A stretch of DNA of 63,996 bases, the filler included, from Dimargaris cristalligena (taxonomy: Eukaryota): NCBI GenBank assembly GCA_003614675.1. It is 6 parts of 6 records of this genome, joined end to end, with 100 filler letters (N's around TTAATTAATTAA, not from the genome) between each part and the next. Parts side by side here need not be neighbours in the genome. Positions count along the whole stretch, not along the records: positions 10,926 to 21,747 come from ML003151.1; positions 21,848 to 32,667 come from ML003152.1; 4 more parts are not named here. One strand, given 5' to 3'. Below are positions 11,950-24,752 of this stretch, in pieces (position 1 is the first letter of the stretch; each line of letters opens with the position of its first letter). Below the pieces are notes generated by a model. The model ran no database searches and was not told the origin of the DNA. It saw nothing but the letters and a program-made list of their open reading frames with translations. Both the position numbers and the translations under genes were made by a program.

Positions 11950-14744
11950 ATAGTTGTAATTGAAGGTACTTGCATTTACCATTGTATTTATATTTCCAAC
12001 AAGTCCTTGTTACTTAAAACATTAGATAGTTTAAGGAGGGAGGGTTACTAACCTGTTGGGCTATAATATGGAAGCAAACTCCCTTAATTGCTGACCCAAT
12101 GGTGGTATATGTAGTAATCTAACACCCTCGATTAATTTATCATGTTAAGTATTTATCTCACAGTGGTTAGATTCTGCCAGTGTATTAAAGCCACCTGGTG
12201 GATTTTTTTCTAATAGGTATTATAACAAAGAAGTGAGTGCTTGTTGAGCTGAATACCTGTTAACAGTAGTATATTAGATTATCCCCCAATTCAACTTGGC
12301 ACATTCTGCCCCACCCCCTCTATCTTTTAATCTATATACATGTAGTTGTCCTGCTGGCTGCTCTGTTATATAGGGATGCTATCAGTCATGGTAGGTCCAA
12401 AGAGCTGGTTTTTGGTTAATTAGTGCCCAATACATTAGTTCCAACCATCTCTTTTTACCTTAGACTCCAGCCCATGTTAAGGATAGATAAGCAATGAAGA
12501 CAGGTAGTCAGAAAAGGTATAGCTATGCACTGTACCCACATTTAGATATTGCACTTAAGTTTTGTGGCCCTGCCAACCACGCCTATCCTTTGAAGACCAG
12601 AATAATAGGTACCACTATATCTCATATATGAGCCATCCTTGAAGCATTAATTCCAGTGATGTTTTTTTAGTGACTATAATTGTGCAACACACCATCCCTG
12701 CTAGTATTCCCAAATGGTGTTCCAGATAGAATTATAAGGGCCAAGCTTAACAATGCCCTATAGGATGGGGAATAGAATAGCCAAGGGGGAGTAGGCAAGA
12801 CTTCAGTGTTTTTGGCCCTAGAAGTCTTGCCTCCCCAATTTCTGCTACCATCCTATATCTGGGTTGAATGAATCTCTAAAGGAAAGAAGGGCTGTAAGTG
12901 TTATGCCAGTGGTTTGAGGCCCCTCCCTTCTAGGACTAAGGCTGGGGTTAGATCCCTTGTCCTCCCCGGGATTGGCAGGGTCACTGGATGTCAGGTTTAG
13001 AGGGCTCAAGGTGCTTGGGCAAAACATGGAGAACTTGGGAAATGGTCCTTTGGCTAGTTGGATTGGATCGGAGCTGAGCTTGGAGGTCAAACTGGGGTAT
13101 GGTGCAAAATGTTCCATGTGAAATGGTCCTACACTCCCGTCATCAGAGTTAGGTGCTGGAGGAGCCACAGTGGCTATGTGCTGAAAATAAGATAATAAAA
13201 TTAAGAAAAAAACCCCTGAAAAATTGACTTCTAGTTGAGGTCCTTGACTGATGCTAGGTAAAACACTGGGTGAAGTTAAAATAGATATTTATTCTGAATA
13301 ATAAAAACTTATCCTGCAGATAACTTACCATTTTAAGGGCCGACTGGGGAGACTATATATATGCAAATTAATACTATGAACTTAGAGCTATACTACTACT
13401 TTAGGATGTTATCCTCAGATAGACTGACAGCCATAAAACTGTGAAGGGAAAAACTGGCTAGGTCTTCAAGTTTGAATACTGTGAAAAAGGGGAAGGAAAA
13501 GATATATGGGAAAATGGAAGATAAAATTGCCTCAGATCCGCCAGGGTATTTCTCAAAAGTAGATTATGGAAGACTTTGATGTCACTTACTCATCCCAGTG
13601 TGAGCACTGTTTGCAGCAAGGGCATAACTGCGGCCCTAGAGTGCGCAGGCATCATGGGGTGGAGTATAATGACCAGTTAGTCTTGTTACGTGCTAACGGG
13701 GGGAAATGGTAGAGTAGTGTTAAACTTATTTATTGTTATGGAAATGCAACCGGGGGAGGCATCCACCACTCATGGGCGAGAGGTCAGTCCTCCCCACAGT
13801 ACATGGTACTTGAGTGAGGAGGAACCAAGGGACCATGTCACGACTCATCTATCCCCCACCATGGAGGAAGATAGCCCCACCCCAACGGCACAAGAACCAC
13901 ACCTCACCCCAGAGGAATAATATGGGCCGTCCTGAGCGACAGACCAGGATCCAGTGTCTTTCAATAAAATAATTATTAATTTACCTCATTTCTTTAGTTA
14001 CTTGCCCTACTCGGCCATTAGTTATTTACACTGTTCTCTGGCCCCACTCGGCTTAATTGGTTACAGAAATACTAGAGAAAGGAACCTCCCTGTTCCATGG
14101 GGGGAGCGGGAGCTGTTGGTTTTGATCATCGCAGATGGGCGCAGATCCTCCCGTTCTGCTGGATGTTACACTAACTATTCTATTGGCTGTTTAGCCCGCT
14201 ATGGGCCGATTGGCCCGTTACAGTCTCATGGAAAGGGAAAATCGTCCTGACCCTTGGCAGTACAGTAAACGGCAGAGCTGCCTTAAGGCAAGAGTTCAGG
14301 TTTTCTTCCATGAAGCTAAAGTGTAATTCTTTGTGTAAATAGTTGAGCCACTGCCACTCTGCTGGCTAGTGATCCCCCTCCCTCACTCTAGTGCTGACGC
14401 TCCTTTACAATGGACTTTTGAGTTGGTCATTGCGTAAAATGTAATTAGAGATACATACATCCTCCCTTTCCATCTTCCCTGTATGTGTGTAACTAGACCG
14501 AAACGGCATCGTGTGCACAGGTAAGGCCTTCTTGAACTACCTACACATTCACTCACCGTCACTATGCATTGGTCCTTGGTGGCCGAGTTTGTCCTACCCA
14601 GCCCAATGCAGTGTCCCAACAGCACAGCCCCCATTGACATACCACATGAATTAGGTCTGCTAAACTCCAATTTCTTTGGTGGTATTTGGTCAATTGGGCT
14701 GGACGAGAGTGGCAATAGAGAGAAAAAATTCTAAACACCCTGCG

Positions 14745-14752
14745 TATAAAAA
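14745..14752 (+). promoter_or_regulatory. Putative TATA box of the secreted-protein gene
   Basis: TATAAAAA about 175 nt upstream of ATG 14922. Confidence 0.4.
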
Positions 14753-14921
14753 CCCTATGTCCTGCTGCCTCTTGATATTCATTATTCACCCTGTTCTCCC
14801 CGCCTACAGTTGGTTTTCTTTTTCTACTACAGTCGCATATACACCAGCCTTCAGCCAGTGTCTCACTCATCCCTTTTTGCACCCGTTTGCCGTCTTCACC
14901 TACCATTACCATCCCGAAACT

Positions 14922-16399
14922 ATGCAGTTCTCTACTATGGTTAAAGGTACCCTTATTGGTTTACTAGCCGTGTCCTTCCACGGTCAGTTTATGGCGGCCC
15001 AGCCTTCACCTTTTGGAGCCCCGGCAGGTCCTATGGCGGATGCCTCACCAGCCCCTATGTTTCTTCATCGCCGTGGAATCCCCATGTATAAACCACTAGT
15101 AAGTAGATTAATATAATATGAATGGTGAGGCAAATGCTAAATGTCTAGGATTGTCAGATGTGTTTATATCTAATACTTTGTATTAGGTACCATTGGCTTT
15201 ACAGGCCTATTCCACCGTGGTTTCTAGATGAGCTAATTTCCCACCTGTGGCGTCTATCCTGAGACAATTGGCCAGGTTAAAAATTTAATATATATATATA
15301 TATATAAATACTTAATCGGATTATGTGATTCACTCTCGGGCACTACCTCAAACGAACTCCTATATGCGTTTTTAATCAAAATATGACTATTTCATTTGTT
15401 CCCTTTTATAACTGCTAGCGTGAATCTCGCCATTCCCAGGAATGGATTCTGGATGCTCCCAAAGAAAATGCCAGAACTTTACCGCAAGAGGGGTATTTTG
15501 GCATGTTCCAAGTTCAAGTCCACGGCATACTGGTGGATGAATTAACGGACTCAGATATGGTCAAGGAAGCCAATCCAGATGCGGTTCGAATGGCGAAGGA
15601 TAATCTCAAGTATGTCAGCTACCGGGATCTCAGTGACTCAGACCGCCACTCTCTCTTCCCCGCTCTGGATCTTGTCCATCGCGAACAGTGGGCCGCCCTT
15701 TGCTCCCTGGCCCAATTCATGCTGGACGGCCAAGTAAACTTCAGCCGTGACATAATTGAGCGAGCCTTGCCGGCCAGCCTTATCAAGGCCAGCCTTAACC
15801 AGGGCCAACGTCACGAAGGGTATGTCATTCGGGCGGAGGGTACAAACGACCAGAGAATTTTGCCTTATTTGGGCCACAGTGCCATGGATAACATCTTGAT
15901 GAACAGTATTTTGGCCACCTTTATCGTTGAGGGAAAGTGGGGAGCTCTAGGTAGATTCATGGATGACATCCAAGATATACACAACCAATTGGAGTATCAC
16001 AATAACCTGTACCAGGATTTCGCCTGGAAGGCCTTCTCCATGACCGCTGAATTGTACCCCTATTCCACCACTAATGGTCGATTCACACCGGAGGTACAAC
16101 AACAGATGGATAGGTACCTGCATAGTGTAGAGGTCAACTATCCACTGGATGTTCTTGCTGGCTGTGCTCTGGAAGCAGGCCATTTGCGTACACTGAATTA
16201 CATCAATTCACTACGGGAGGTCCGAAACTTGGATACTAGCATCACCAATCGCTGCTATTCCCGCCTGGGTACCTACCATAACATTCGCTACAGTTCTGAT
16301 CAATCTCTATCCATTCTGGTGGATGCCCGATATGCTGAACACTTGGCTGGCGGAGCTCTCCATTATGTCACCATAAGTCAAAATCAATTTGGCCCTTAG
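14922..16399 (+). CDS. Secreted orphan protein (~385 aa); exon 14922-15098, intron 15099-15418 (extra micro-exon possible), exon 15419-16399
   Basis: MQFSTMVKGTLIGLLAVSFHGQFMAA is signal-like and is followed by a pro-region ending LHRR (Kex2-like). GTAAGT donor at 15099; the acceptor CTGCTAG at 15418 joins in phase 0 to the 298-aa ORF at 15503. Confidence 0.7.
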
Positions 16400-18748
16400 A
16401 TAACTATAGTTACCAAATCTTGATTAGTTGCTTACACCAATTTAACTTGATTACCCTGATTATTATTATTTTTTTTGGGGGGGGGGTGATTTATCAAGAA
16501 TTATCTTCTCTACTCAACTTTTGGGACCTTCTCCTTCCTCATTGTGTTTTCAATGATTTTACCAAATGTCGGTTAACAATAAATTTTGCAAAGTGTACTT
16601 GCATATTGGATGACTAAATCACACGAAAAAAGAGATATTCGATTATGTGCCCAGGTTGCTGAATTGGGCACCTGATAAAGTGTAGTGATCAAACTGTTTA
16701 ATTTCAAAGAGGGTCTAATTAGCTAAGCTATCAACGACTGAAATGGAATTCTTATAAAAGATAATATAGCCCAGAGAACTAATACGAACTAGCTGATTTT
16801 GGAATACCAATTTACTACCAACTAGATAAAATCAAATCAACGAAATGTGGCTAGCTACAGCGGCTAATCGTTTAAGAACAGTATAAGGGTTCCCAAGGCA
16901 GAGGCCTACCAGACCGGGGCTATCCTACAGCTATAATGAGTTAAAATCAGTATAGGTACCTATCCTAATGGATGCCGAAGTACGGGAGACTAACTGGGAG
17001 GGGAGGGGGTAAGTATATAGAGAATAACAATACGGGGGAGCTGCGTAGAAATAGTAATGGCAGCACCTAAAGGCATCCACAGCTGGTAATGTTAAATAGG
17101 TATGCTCATAAAACCATGCACAAGAGAAGGTAGCCCTAGGTGCTTAGTTTTTTTGAATGCTATAGTTGGTTGGGGAAATTTTCAGCGAGGATAAGTGATT
17201 ATAAATTAACTTATTTTCTTAATGAAGTTAGACAGAAACTGGCGATGCAAAAATCTGCAATGGGATGTATCTTCAATTGGCATAACCTCTTATTACTTAG
17301 CTTCTATTCGTCTAGGATATCCCAATACGCTCTTAGACACCTACCATCAGCTCTTGCCCCACCCTATAGTGTACTGGTATGCTGGTACCCCCTTGTTATA
17401 TGTGAATAAATCCCAATTGTGGGGCCGCCCCTAATTCCCGGGTCCGAATATGCGCATTTATAAAGTGTAATTGTCAGTAGGGTGTGCTGTTTGTCCGATT
17501 CATACGGCATACCTATTATTAAGCTGGGTATGGTAATGTCCGGGTACTAATGCAGTGCTCTACAAAATGGCACTGTAAGCTCCCTTCATAATGTTAATCC
17601 CTGTTAATGTGCGATGGACTTAATGTTGGGGAAAATCTTTACCATCCGTGGGGCAAAGAGCACAGTCCAGCGACTAATAAGCGGGCATGCCGTAGTAAGA
17701 TCAATCAATATGAGAATAATGCCCGAATGGAACGATGGGCACGTCCACCCATTTTGGGCCAAGACGCGACCCATGCTCTACTTTGTAGAATATCCAAAGG
17801 AAAAAAATCATACGAAAAATATACACATAGTGTCGATAAGTAAATGGCCGGTACATAAGAATAGTAGGCCAGCGGCACTTGGTGGGGATTGGGAAACATA
17901 TAGAAAAGGGTGAAAAAAGACATGGCTATGGTTTATTGATTCAATCTGTGCCTATATACTATTAGTGGCTTCATGAGCGGATTTTCGTTATTGACTAGGT
18001 TGGGGTAGGAGGCCTAGACATTAATATGAATAGGGGAAGCGAATAGTCGCAAGGGGGTTAGTACTATTTATCCCCTTCACTAGAAATGCGGGGCACCTCG
18101 ACTGACTCCCTCCTTCACGGTCAGAAGCGGAGACATGGATCTGGTGTGGGGCTCTGATTGACCAGCCGCAGTGAATAATGCAGGTAGGCCAAAAACAACC
18201 CTTACTATAACGATAATAATAATACCATCGTAGAGCAACCCAAACGCATCAAGGCTTTCGACGCGGGGCCTGTCGATAGCAGCACTTGGTTACAGTGAGG
18301 GGGCTGGCCTAATATTCGGAACTTCCTTCATATCTCTCCCTTCCTTGGCCACCCCAGTCGGGCAGCCAGTGTATCAAAAAAATGAGACATGGTTATATTC
18401 TACAGTGTGGGTTGGCGGAGTACGCTTCCGTTTATATGCTGCACCGACCGTTAATTTATATGTCTCCTTATAGTCTCTGAAAGGACTGGGTTCTTCTGTA
18501 CTTTGTTCATTCTCCCAATACCTTTCTTTTCTCTTATCCCATTCCTTTTCCTCCTTGGTGATTTACTGCCAAAGCGACTGCTTTGAAAGTGCTCCTGCTC
18601 CGCCGTGTAACCCCCCCTCCCTTACACGCCCCACCCAAACCATTTGCGTGACTCTTAAACCCAATAGCCGACGCTGGCTCTAGTTGGCTACCTGTTAGAG
18701 ATTACTCCCCCCACTTCTCCCGTCCTTTTGTTTTCATTCTCCGCCGCC

Positions 18749-20464
18749 ATGGGACGCTTCGCATTTCCGTCCATCAATATGGGCGCCTTCACATCCAAAC
18801 TTAACCCCATCAGTAAACCCCTGAGCTCCTCCTCCTCCACAGGGGACCACTCGCTAGCCGAAGAGACGGCTTCCAATGGTAGCAGCTGCCTCGAAGCCCC
18901 TTCCACTGCCCCAAGCAGCCCGCTCAAACCAACCGAGGACCCCAGCCAACCGGCCCTGGCCGACCCTATCGTGCGCCCCGCCACCGCCCACGAGCGCCGT
19001 ATGCCCATTGAAAACATCCCGCCACCCTCGCAGGGTTCCTCCGAACGGCGGCACTCCCGCCACAGTGTACTGCGTCGACTATCTTTGCACAACTCCCGGT
19101 CCACCCCGGCCCCATCGGACACGGCCCCCGGGATAGCCTCCTCTTCCTCCTCCACCACGGGCGGCCACCACCACCGGCACTCGGTGTGTGGGGGTAGTAT
19201 TGGGGTGGGCAGTAGCGTCAATCCTATCCATAACCACAGCAGCAACACCAGTAGTGCCAGTGTACCCGACCCGACCAAAATGCCATCCGAGGCCCAGATT
19301 TACCACCTTATCATCAACGCCAATGAGCACTTTGAAAAGGAACAGTTCAATGACTCCATCAATGCCTACTCCCGGGCCATTGTCCTGATTGACGAAATTG
19401 CCCCCGGCACCCCGGCCGCGGTGGAGGACCTCGTGTGTATGCTCTACTCCAACCGGTCCATGGCCTACTTCATGCGGGGCGATTTGCACGACTCCCTACG
19501 GGACGCCGAGAAGGTGGTCCAGACCCGGCCCCTATGGTCCAAGGGCCATTTCCGAAAGGGCGAGGCTCTACTGGCCTTGGGGATGTTCGAGCTTGCCGTG
19601 ATTCACTATGGTTTTGCGTCGGATTTGGAACCCGGTAACCGGGAGCTGCGTATCTTCGCCCAAAAGGCGCATTTCCTCCGGCAGGACCGGGAACAGGGCC
19701 TGGCCATCTACCAGCTGCTCTCGGGCCGCGACATTGCGCACACGCGGAGCCTCAACCCCATCCAGAATAAAATTTTCGACTTCGCCAAGAAAATGCGCAA
19801 CTTCGTCTACCTCATCGTCGACCGGGAAAGCAAACAGTGTGCCGTGGTCGATGCCTGCTGGGACGTGCCCGGTATCATGCGGGTCATCAAAAAGGAACAA
19901 CTTACCCTAGTGGCCGCCATCGTGACCCACTACCATTTCGACCACGTGGGCGGTATCCCACCCGCCCCGTTCGATGCCCTTCACATCCGTGTGTCGGGGC
20001 TCGATACCGTCCTCCGGAAATTCCCCCATGTGAAGGCGTACATCCACACCAAGGATATCCCCTTCGTCATCCAATCCAACCCCGGCCTACCGGTGGACCG
20101 CATCCAGGCCACCGAGGACGGGTTTCGAATGACCCTGGGGGCCCGTACTTCCCTGCAGTTTCTGCATACTCCCGGCCATTCGGAGGGCAGCCAGTGCATC
20201 CTCGTCAACGACGGGCGCCTTTTCACGGGCGACACGCTATTCCCCACGTCGTGCGGCCGGGTGGACCTGCCCGGCGGTTGCAAAAAAGATATGCTCCACA
20301 GTCTTCAGAACGTGCTTAAACACCTCGACCCCAGTATTATGATCTACCCCGGCCATGACTACGGCGGCGCTTGGTCCACCATTGAGACGGAACAGCAGAG
20401 CGGGTTACTGAGGGATGGTTACACGGCGGAATGGGACGAGTTTAATAATCTCCAACTACCATGA
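18749..20464 (+). CDS. TPR-repeat + metallo-beta-lactamase-fold (glyoxalase II/HAGH-like) hydrolase with disordered N-terminus
   Basis: TPR motifs (ANEHFEKEQFNDSINAYSRAI, LYSNRSMAY, WSKGHFRKGEAL). MBL motifs THYHFDHVGG, HTPGHS, FTGDTLF, PGHDY. First ATG in GCCATGG context at 18749. Confidence 0.9.
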   Translation: MGRFAFPSINMGAFTSKLNPISKPLSSSSSTGDHSLAEETASNGSSCLEAPSTAPSSPLKPTEDPSQPALADPIVRPATAHERRMPIENIPPPSQGSSERRHSRHSVLRRLSLHNSRSTPAPSDTAPGIASSSSSTTGGHHHRHSVCGGSIGVGSSVNPIHNHSSNTSSASVPDPTKMPSEAQIYHLIINANEHFEKEQFNDSINAYSRAIVLIDEIAPGTPAAVEDLVCMLYSNRSMAYFMRGDLHDSLRDAEKVVQTRPLWSKGHFRKGEALLALGMFELAVIHYGFASDLEPGNRELRIFAQKAHFLRQDREQGLAIYQLLSGRDIAHTRSLNPIQNKIFDFAKKMRNFVYLIVDRESKQCAVVDACWDVPGIMRVIKKEQLTLVAAIVTHYHFDHVGGIPPAPFDALHIRVSGLDTVLRKFPHVKAYIHTKDIPFVIQSNPGLPVDRIQATEDGFRMTLGARTSLQFLHTPGHSEGSQCILVNDGRLFTGDTLFPTSCGRVDLPGGCKKDMLHSLQNVLKHLDPSIMIYPGHDYGGAWSTIETEQQSGLLRDGYTAEWDEFNNLQLP

Positions 20465-21747
20465 AACGTTTATAATTAGTAACCCCCGAGTGTACCTGTT
20501 CAGCTCATCGACACATATCCGGTTGGGTGTATTGTCTGCGCCTGTGTCTCTGTGGTCGCATCCAGGTGAATGGGAAGTTGATCTCTCGTCCCACTCCCTC
20601 CTACGATGAACGTCACTAGACCGGTGTTTTAGTTTATTATTTTTATTACAGTTTGTAAATCATGGCATGTCAACCATATTAACTACCCATTACCGTTTCA
20701 TTGGCAAACCACTCTTGCCGCTTTTTTTAATAGTCTATTTAACTCTCTCCCTCGCCCGGATTCCATAACCACCCATTATAATTTAATTTTGTATTTCACA
20801 CCTATATCCCCAACCAGCATGACCGACCGTCACCCACCCATTTAGCGAGAGGTGTGGGCGGCTATCGTGTTGGTGAACATCTTCTCCCCTAGACATAATC
20901 TCATCTCGTATGGGCTCCTTTAATTTTATTTCGTATTTGGGGGGTCTTCACTCATTCCACGCTCGTTTTCCATGCTGCCAATCCTGTATTTCTCTCCCTC
21001 ATTTTCCCGTCATTAATTTTCAATCTATTTGGATGCCCGATTATCTTAATTTTATTATTCCCGCCTTAATTGATGGCGTCTGATGCATGTCGTCATGCTT
21101 CCCCAGAGAGAGACTATACGTCCTAATTCCATTTAATGCCATCCTCCCGTGCGGGTAAGCTACCACAGGGCATTACTTTTGGTGTATACTTGGTTAAGCA
21201 ACTCAAGGTTTACTACCCCACTGTTCTCAAACGGACATGGCTTCGAATACACTCATATAGTCGCTGTACTTTGGTCGTTTTAGTTATTCTAGTCGTTTAT
21301 TTATGGTCTCGTATGGACCACCTTTATTATTGGCTGTACTGGGGATACTTTGAGGTGCATTGACTGCCTTCATCCTATCCCTTGGCTAGGTTAAATTGGA
21401 CAACCGCTAACTATCACTTAGGCACCTATTCTGATATCCGAGTACTATCCCTTCTCTCTCACACATTAAATGCATTTACTAAATATCACGATCCCAATTC
21501 CCAATCCAATTAAAAAGTACAAGACTATAAATATGACCCTGTATTAAGTTTAGTAGATGGGCACCTGTATATGCCGTTTAAATACTATAATAGATATAAG
21601 ACAGGCTTTCGAATCCTTATACCATTTGTGGGTCATGTTCATTAAGTATCCGATCAACCGCATCAGCAAATGTATCACAGACCCAATCCGGTTCGGGCTG
21701 CACTTTATGTTCGTCCCCGGGGCGGTATTTGCCCGTACGCACCAAAA

Positions 21748-21847
21748 NNNNNNNNNNNNNNNNNNNNNNNNNNNNNNNNNNNNNNNNNNNNTTAATTAAT
21801 TAANNNNNNNNNNNNNNNNNNNNNNNNNNNNNNNNNNNNNNNNNNNN
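21748..21847. other. Artificial contig spacer
   Basis: 44N-TTAATTAATTAA-44N. Confidence 0.98.
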
Positions 21848-21902
21848 CCTGATATGACGGCGGTCATATCGGTTGGATTAGGACGGATTAGGAGGGGCGA
21901 CA
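21848..21902 (+). mobile_element. 3' tip of a CpG-retaining family A LTR at contig start
   Basis: GGATTAGGACGGATTAGGAGGGGCGACA corresponds to the family A 3' end. Confidence 0.7.
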
Positions 21903-21959
21903 GGGCAGGGGAAGAATAATGACAACTAATAAATATAAATCAGTAACTAGGTAATATAG

Positions 21960-22106
21960 GGAATAAAACAATGGGAATAAAACACAGTAGGATAATGGGT
22001 ATATATTCTGATAATATTAAATATTAATTTTGCCCATTTGTTAGTATGGGTTTTTTTTACTTATATGGCTGGTTATTCTTGTAGTTCAAATTAACCAGTC
22101 ATGACA
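21960..22106 (+). repeat. Repeat family C (LTR-like 3' end), second copy at 43630-43750
   Basis: Near-identical TGGGTTTTTTTACTTATATGGCTGGTTATTCTTGTAGTT..TTAACCAGTCATGACA in both places. Confidence 0.75.
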
Positions 22107-22651
22107 CTAGGGCTATTAATAGAATGGGGGGAAGGGAGGGAAAAATGCACCATAAAAAGTTACATTTCCTACTAAGTAAGGCCCAGCTTTATTACAGTAC
22201 AAAATCAGCTAGTCAAGCTATAGCTTTACTGGTTTAGAGCCAGAGGATACATTGGGCGACTTTGGGATAGCAAGGTGGGGAGGTGATTCAAAAGGTTCCC
22301 ACTGCTCTAGGAATATAACTATCCATCTCCCTAGAGGTGGATATTTTGAAACTTATAATATATTCTAAATTAACATTACTATAATATTGACTACCCCATT
22401 TCCATGGGGTCAAAGGAACTCAATAGGCCATGTCAGTTATAGAAGTAGGTCTATAGCCAGGGACTCCAACTGGCCCAAACAGACAAAATTGGAGTAGGAA
22501 ACCAACAAAAATGTTTTGTTTGAATGAGAGGGAGCTTCTTATTTCAAGACCATTCATTCAAATGAAGTAGTGGATATTATAGCTTTATATCCTGAAATAA
22601 ATATATTTGTGTCCTTCTTTGCCATTATCCATGTCTACTGGATGACCTCTC

Positions 22652-23034
22652 TGTTGGAATACTAAGGATATAAAGGAAATAAAACTGGAAGTAAGGGAAG
22701 AAAGTGGTTAGACAATAGTAGGTACCTTTAGGTAGTTAATTTTATTGAACTGTAATTTCAATGGGGTGAAATATAAGTAGTTAACATAAATGATCTCATG
22801 ATAGCAGAATAAACTAATATAATTAGGTGAAATAGGATAGGATAAAGAATATGTAGGAACATATTATTCAATATTATCCACTCCTCTGCTATTTAGTATC
22901 TAAATAATCTGGATAGCCCTAACTCAGTATTGATAACTACCTTAGTATTGCATCTATACTTCTACCAGGTATGGGAGTGGGAATATTTGATTAGGTAATT
23001 GCTTCTTTTACCAGATGCCATTCTACTATTAACA
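22652..23034. mobile_element. LTR-like family B (TGTTGGAATAC...), right boundary tentative
   Basis: First ~125 nt match 58020-58149 (TGTTGGAATACTAAGGA..GGAAGTAAGGGAAGAAAG..TTTTATTGAA..GGGGTGAAATAT). Candidate end TATTAACA; no TSD seen. Confidence 0.55.
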
Positions 23035-23129
23035 GATACCTTGGTCCAAGTGCTTATTTTCTATTACTATACCTTATACACTCTTTATTCATCAAATTAT
23101 TATTAATTTTCTATCAGTTTCTTTGAAAT

Positions 23130-23714
23130 TGCAGCCTGAGTTAACTACTCTTAGTCTGTCAAGAGTCCCAAGGATAGGCTTCTACTGGCAGATGGGGCTT
23201 GGGCTTAGCCAAGCAGGTCCTAACATTAGGTAGGGGGTATGGTACTAACTAATAAAGGCTATTAATGCAGGTACAGGCAAGGGATGTGCAATAAGCATAC
23301 TTACTAGTCAATACAAGGGGGGTGAGTATATATATAGTTTATTGGGATAATCTAGGGGGTATTAATAAGCTAAGGACTTGAACTGGTCCCAATGGGGCCT
23401 AGTTATATATATATGGGGACAACTCCAGAGGGAGGCCCTAGGGGGAAGGATACTACTAAGAATAGGGTAGGATAAAATAGGTTAACTAGATGGCCATGAG
23501 GATTTGGAAGACTCTGATGGTAACTAGAAGAGTCTTTGGATCAGCACTTGAGTGATTAGTGTAAAGCAGCAGGGTCTGGAAGGGGAATGGTTATATGATA
23601 TAGGGTGATCCCATAGTACCAGATGTGGTTATGGGAAGGGTAATATGGTACTGTAAGGCCTTATGGGGATGGAGGCTAGTGTGTCCAGATTAAGGTGGAT
23701 TAGAAGGTCTGATA
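23130..23714 (+). mobile_element. Solo LTR family A, full length, degenerate termini
   Basis: TGCAGCCTGAGTTAACTACTCTTAGTCTGTCAAGAGTCCC ... GGATTAGAAGGTCTGATA. Confidence 0.85.
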
Positions 23715-24752
23715 GTTAGTAGGATAACTAAGGTTGGTATTTACTTTTCATTATTTATAAGGATAAATCCTAAAGCAAAGGTATGGGATAATTAAGAAAG
23801 AAGAAATTAGGAGGTGGTGGGTATTACATTTTCCTATTCTCATTAAGCCATTTTAGTAAATGGAATTTTCCTGATATAACTAAGCCTAAATTCTCCAATC
23901 CATGGGCAAAGCAGCCTACCACTACTACACTAGATTAGATAGCTTATATCCCCCTGTTTACCAAAGCCAACATTAAATGTACAACACAGCTTCTTGTTTG
24001 GTGGTATAGTCTCCAAAGCAGTAGATTGATGAATATAGTTGCAGTAGGGATTACTCACCATATCCCACATTTAAATACGATATAATAGGCATGATGTTTC
24101 GCCTTACCCCTCAACTCTAGACATTCAGGTATATACTTCTCCTATCAGAAATGGAGAAAGCGCTTAGGCGGGGGGCCTTCTAACGAAAGATATGGGTAAG
24201 TATAAGCTAGAAGAGCACCCAAGAAGCTGGGAAATGAGCTTTTGGGCCTAAGGTATGCAAAGGCTTCACCTCTATGGTCCCGGGCTCAAACGAACTGGGG
24301 GGACTTCATTGGACTTGTATACCTTTATGGCGACTGAGGACAAAATCGGGATTGTATTTATAGAGGGGGGAGTAGAGTAAGGTACTTAGTGATAAAGAGC
24401 GAAAGACCATGTCAACAGTTGGAATGGGCAGCGCGGTGGTGGTTAGACTAGTCCTCGTTTTGAGTGGACATACTATCACGGCGTGAGTGTGTGGTGTAAT
24501 TGGCTCATTTTGCTTTCTTTTTCATTTTTCGCCGGCCGCCCTATCAATCCTACGGTGGACTTGTCCCAAATCACTGGACTTTGACTTTGGCTTTGGTTCA
24601 TTCGCATAACTGCGAGTCTCTCTTTTTTCCGGTATTTTATACTTATCGGTGCTATATAATTCTTTCTGCTTATTCTTCTCCATCGGGACCTGACTACTTC
24701 AACCGGCTTTCTTTCGGTCTTTTATTGCCCCTCTAAAGTTCGTATTCCCAAC

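Noticed and set aside
13684..14170. TG...CA-bounded segment with AATAAA, a possible solo LTR
   Set aside because: No TSD and no second copy in the window.
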